32,000 nt of DNA from Candidatus Nitrosopumilus koreensis AR1. GTDB taxonomy: Archaea > Thermoproteota > Nitrososphaeria > Nitrososphaerales > Nitrosopumilaceae. Shown piece by piece: positions 28,773 to 32,000 of the stretch (position 1 is the first letter of the stretch; the number at the start of each line of letters is the position of its first letter). A program made the position numbers and the translations under genes. A model generated the notes under the pieces. It searched no databases, was not told the origin of the DNA, and saw only the letters and a program-made list of their open reading frames with translations. The stretch lies in assembly GCF_000299365.1 (NCBI RefSeq), contig NC_018655.1:600001-632000 (forward strand), given 5' to 3'.

Positions 28773-30140
28773 TTATCTTTTTAATTTCGGGTTGACAATT
28801 GCATCTAGTGCATTTCCTATAAAGACAAATGCCAGCCCTGCTATTGCAATCATTATTCCTGGTGGCATAATCCACCACCACAACCCTCTTGCTGCTGCGC
28901 CAAACGTATTTGCATCATGAAGAATATGTCCCCACGTTGGAAATGATGGGTCTCCCAATCCTAGGAAACTAAGGCCAGCTTCTGTGGTGATTGCAGCTGG
29001 CACTGATATTGCGATACTGGCAAACGCATACGGAAGTAATTGGGGCAAGATATGTTTGAATACTATTTTGGAGTTTTTTTGTCCCATCATGTTGGCTGCA
29101 TCAACATATCCTCTGGTTTTAATCTGCAAAGACATGCTTCTTGCAACTTTTGCAATGCCTACCCATCCAAAAATCATTAAAAATCCAACTAGCACAAATA
29201 TGCTATTGCTGATTGTGACTGACAAAATAATAAGAAACGGAAGTGCTGGTAATGCATAGATTACGTCATTAAAACGCATCATGACTTCATCTGTTTTTTT
29301 ACCCTTGAATCCCGCATAGACTCCATACAGCAAACCCATTATCACTGATGCAATAGATACTACTAAACCGATGAATAATGCAAGAGGTGTTCCCCATAAC
29401 AATCCTATTGTAAGGTCTCGTCTTAATTCATCAGTACCCATCATTCCAAATGCCTTTCCACCGATGATTAATTTTGATTCATGAGTTTTAATCTCAGAGT
29501 TGACAGAATATGTGTCCACTGAGAAAATATAGTTTCCTTTGAGTGGTTCATTTGTATTTGTTTTTGAAAATACAATGTCTTCAGCTGACAATCCATCTAA
29601 ATCAAAATCAAAATTCTCTGATTGCAATACTAAATTCTTCTTTATTGCACTATCCGTTGAAAAAATTCTTTCACTGTGAATTGTTTTTGTATCTGAATAC
29701 GGTAATGACGTTGATAGTAATTCTAGTTTAATTCCATCTGGTCTAGTCACTGACATTTTCAATAATACTGATTCAGAATACTCTGATGAGAAAACATAGA
29801 TAAAGTCATTTGGAAAAGACTTGTAGTCAAAATTTACTCCAAACTTGTGCGATGATAACATGATCTCGCCTTGTGAGTTTGTTTGAATTGTTGGTGTTTC
29901 AAGAATTTTGTGTTCTGGAATTTTTTCAGTCATGAAGATATTTACCCAAACAGGAATTGCAACTTTTGGATACAGTATCCAGTTTCCTGGATTGTTCCAT
30001 TCTTGAAATGTCTCTACTGGAATGGCAATTATTGCAATAATTGATGTTGCAACAAGAATGATTAGAATAGAAATTCCGGCAATTCCTATTTTGCTTCTAA
30101 GAAACTCTTCTTTGATTTCTTGTGGGGTGATACTGCTCAT
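28773..30140 (-). CDS. Oligopeptide/dipeptide ABC transporter permease, DppC-like, with large extracytoplasmic insertion
   Basis: MMGTDELRRDLTIGLLWG, ISVPAAITTEAGLSFLGLGDPSFPTWG (EAA loop) and ~6 TMs. Confidence 0.9.
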   Translation of the reverse strand: MSSITPQEIKEEFLRSKIGIAGISILIILVATSIIAIIAIPVETFQEWNNPGNWILYPKVAIPVWVNIFMTEKIPEHKILETPTIQTNSQGEIMLSSHKFGVNFDYKSFPNDFIYVFSSEYSESVLLKMSVTRPDGIKLELLSTSLPYSDTKTIHSERIFSTDSAIKKNLVLQSENFDFDLDGLSAEDIVFSKTNTNEPLKGNYIFSVDTYSVNSEIKTHESKLIIGGKAFGMMGTDELRRDLTIGLLWGTPLALFIGLVVSIASVIMGLLYGVYAGFKGKKTDEVMMRFNDVIYALPALPFLIILSVTISNSIFVLVGFLMIFGWVGIAKVARSMSLQIKTRGYVDAANMMGQKNSKIVFKHILPQLLPYAFASIAISVPAAITTEAGLSFLGLGDPSFPTWGHILHDANTFGAAARGLWWWIMPPGIMIAIAGLAFVFIGNALDAIVNPKLKR

Positions 30141-31192
30141 GAACCTGTTCTCACCCTTGGATCAAAGTATCCGTACAGCAAGTCTGCAATGAATATGCTC
30201 ACTAGGAAAAATACTGTTAGAATGTATGTTGCTCCAATAATTACAGGCAAGTCCATGACTGTTATTGCCTCAAAGTACAATCTTCCCATTCCTGGCCAGT
30301 CAAATACAGCTTCAGTAATAATTGCCCCTCCTAGAGAACCTGAAAGACTCAGAGCTAAAATCGTAACAATTGGTGGTGCTGCATTTTTTAATGCATGTGT
30401 GTAGATTATCTTTTTTTGTTTAATACCAATTGTCTTTTTTGCCATTATGAAGTCTTCTTGCATTATTCCCACCATGAAGTTTCTTACAAGATATGCCCAG
30501 GACCCAAATCCTATCATTACAATTGTGATTAACGGCAATGCCATGTGGTACAACAATGAACCAATGTATCCTGGATCTGATGATGGAATGTCTGGTGTTG
30601 CCCTTGCTGGAAATATCTGGTATGTAAAGGCAAACAAAAATATCATTAGCATTCCTATCCACCAAACAGGAAAACTGGAACTGATAATTGCAAAACTTGA
30701 TGTGATTCTGTCTATGACAGAGCCAACCTTGTTTGCAGATAATGCTCCTATGAATATCCCAATTATTGAAATTATTATTGTAGCTGTTGTAAATAGAAGA
30801 ATTGTTCGTGGAAGTTTCTCAAATATGATGTCCTTTACATCTGATGATCCTTCGTCACTGGTAAGAAAAGTGGCATGACCAAAATCAAGCAATAAAATTT
30901 TGTACATTGTAATTCCTATTCTTTGAGGTGAATACCACGGCTCATCTAACCCTAAAATTTTGATTCTTTGGTCGATTTGACTTTGTATGAATCCTTCAAA
31001 CTCATCAACTGATGAAAAACTTTCTGCAATGGCAGGATTCTCTGTTATCTCTGATCTGACCTGAAACACTATTCCCTGTTTGAGGATGGTGTCCATGTTT
31101 GAGCCAACTAGTGCAATTGTGATTAGCAGTGTAATCATTAAAACTCCAAACATTGTTGCCAACCGTGTTGCAACATATCTTTTCATGCTCAA
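30137..31192 (-). CDS. Oligopeptide/dipeptide ABC transporter permease, DppB-like
   Basis: N-terminal TM MKRYVATRLATMFGVLMITLLIT, YLVRNFMVGIMQEDFIMAKKTIGIKQKKIIYTHALKNA; 4-nt overlap with the DppC-like gene. Confidence 0.9.
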   Translation of the reverse strand: MSMKRYVATRLATMFGVLMITLLITIALVGSNMDTILKQGIVFQVRSEITENPAIAESFSSVDEFEGFIQSQIDQRIKILGLDEPWYSPQRIGITMYKILLLDFGHATFLTSDEGSSDVKDIIFEKLPRTILLFTTATIIISIIGIFIGALSANKVGSVIDRITSSFAIISSSFPVWWIGMLMIFLFAFTYQIFPARATPDIPSSDPGYIGSLLYHMALPLITIVMIGFGSWAYLVRNFMVGIMQEDFIMAKKTIGIKQKKIIYTHALKNAAPPIVTILALSLSGSLGGAIITEAVFDWPGMGRLYFEAITVMDLPVIIGATYILTVFFLVSIFIADLLYGYFDPRVRTGS

Positions 31193-31245
31193 TAAGACAA
31201 AATACGAAAATCAGTTTATAATCATTTGAAATGAGTAAAATAGTT

Positions 31246-31303
31246 TGACGAGAGTGAAACGAACTCTAGGCACAATTCCGGGCAGAAAAGCAGTCTCTCG
31301 TCA
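31246..31303 (-). ncRNA. Candidate structured small RNA, element B (paralogous to element A at 9848-9947)
   Basis: Perfect 9-bp closing helix TGACGAGAG(31246-31254)/CTCTCGTCA(31295-31303); minus-strand TATA-like TTAAATAAC at 31322-31330. Strand inferred. Confidence 0.55.
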
Positions 31304-31386
31304 TTATAGTATAGTAGTAAAGTTATTTAAGAATTTATGAACATATTATTCTAAAAAATTATAATTTGGAACCCTGCTGGTAAAAT

Positions 31387-31686
31387 ATGGTAAATAGCGG
31401 CAAGAATCATTTCTTTGATCCTGATGAACTGGCACTGACAAAACCTGAAATTCTGGAATTTTGTGATAAGGTTATTAAAAAATGGAGCAAAAACCCTTCA
31501 AAAAACGCCAAGAACATCATTGCAATGAATGCAGTAAAGGCTAGCGTCTTGTGGACTGACGATGAATCTCTCAAAGCTATTTGGAGTGAAATTATTTTGT
31601 GGACATCTGAGCTTCTTTATGAGAATGCATTGGCACAAGATAACGAGTGGGCAAACATGCTAAAAAAATTAAAGAATAAAAAATGA
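31387..31686 (+). CDS. Small hypothetical protein (99 aa)
   Basis: Intact ORF, helical. Confidence 0.7.
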   Translation: MVNSGKNHFFDPDELALTKPEILEFCDKVIKKWSKNPSKNAKNIIAMNAVKASVLWTDDESLKAIWSEIILWTSELLYENALAQDNEWANMLKKLKNKK

Positions 31687-31705
31687 CTTTGATCATACTA
31701 TTACA

Positions 31706-31948
31706 ATGAGCGCAAATACAATTAGAAAAGCCAAAAAACTAGTTGAAAGTGGTGGTGTTTCAAAGATTGACGATGATCTTTTTCAAATAAAATCTTCATC
31801 TGATCCCGACAAATCCTATTTTGTTACATCTGATACTTGTGAATGTCCTGGTTTCAAAAATTTTTACAAATTCCATCATGGAAAGGGACTAAAAGCAAAT
31901 TGCTCTCACTTGGAAGCAATACGAATATTCAAAAAAGAAAACTCTTAA
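31706..31948 (+). CDS. SWIM zinc-finger protein (80 aa)
   Basis: DTCECPGFKNFYKFHHGKGLKANCSHLEAIRIF matches CxCxnCxH. Confidence 0.85.
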   Translation: MSANTIRKAKKLVESGGVSKIDDDLFQIKSSSDPDKSYFVTSDTCECPGFKNFYKFHHGKGLKANCSHLEAIRIFKKENS

Positions 31949-32000
31949 AATTATTTTATTTTAGATGCATCAACTTTTCCAACATATGCCTTGTTTTTTG

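Noticed and set aside
1-32000. Possible CRISPR array, prophage or integrated mobile element
   Set aside because: No regularly spaced repeats, integrase, transposase or phage structural genes seen; tRNA-Ser is intact with no adjacent integrase or partial tRNA repeat noticed.

Overview
AT-rich archaeal chromosomal segment. Gene content and protein style fit an ammonia-oxidising thaumarchaeon (Nitrosopumilus-like): CdvA cell division protein, proteasome beta subunit, FEN1, TrmI, DRG-family GTPase, PUA protein, M20 peptidase and many small Zn-ribbon or coiled-coil proteins. I see no prophage, CRISPR array, rRNA operon or obvious transposon. One tRNA-Ser(CGA) is present. The strongest unusual signals are: (1) two related structured intergenic elements (9848-9947 and 31246-31303) sharing an ACGAGA...TCTCGT closing helix, internal ACTG/TTCTGC/CCTAGA motifs and an upstream TTAAATA box at identical spacing on the minus strand, which look like members of an undescribed small RNA family; (2) a 71-triplet uninterrupted Gly-X-Y collagen-like ORF that runs directly into the antisense of a Lys/Ala-rich (KAAPKRKAA) ORF containing a 42-bp direct repeat and an apparent 1-nt frameshift; (3) further hairpin-rich intergenic candidates at 7449-7506 and 8320-8425; (4) a double-length ThyX-like protein with split motifs; (5) a JAMM protease / coiled-coil / membrane Zn-ribbon cluster; (6) a DppC-like permease with a large extracytoplasmic insertion. 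Several small ORFs (<60 aa) absent from the supplied track were found by reading the sequence. All family assignments are from motif recognition; no database search was run.
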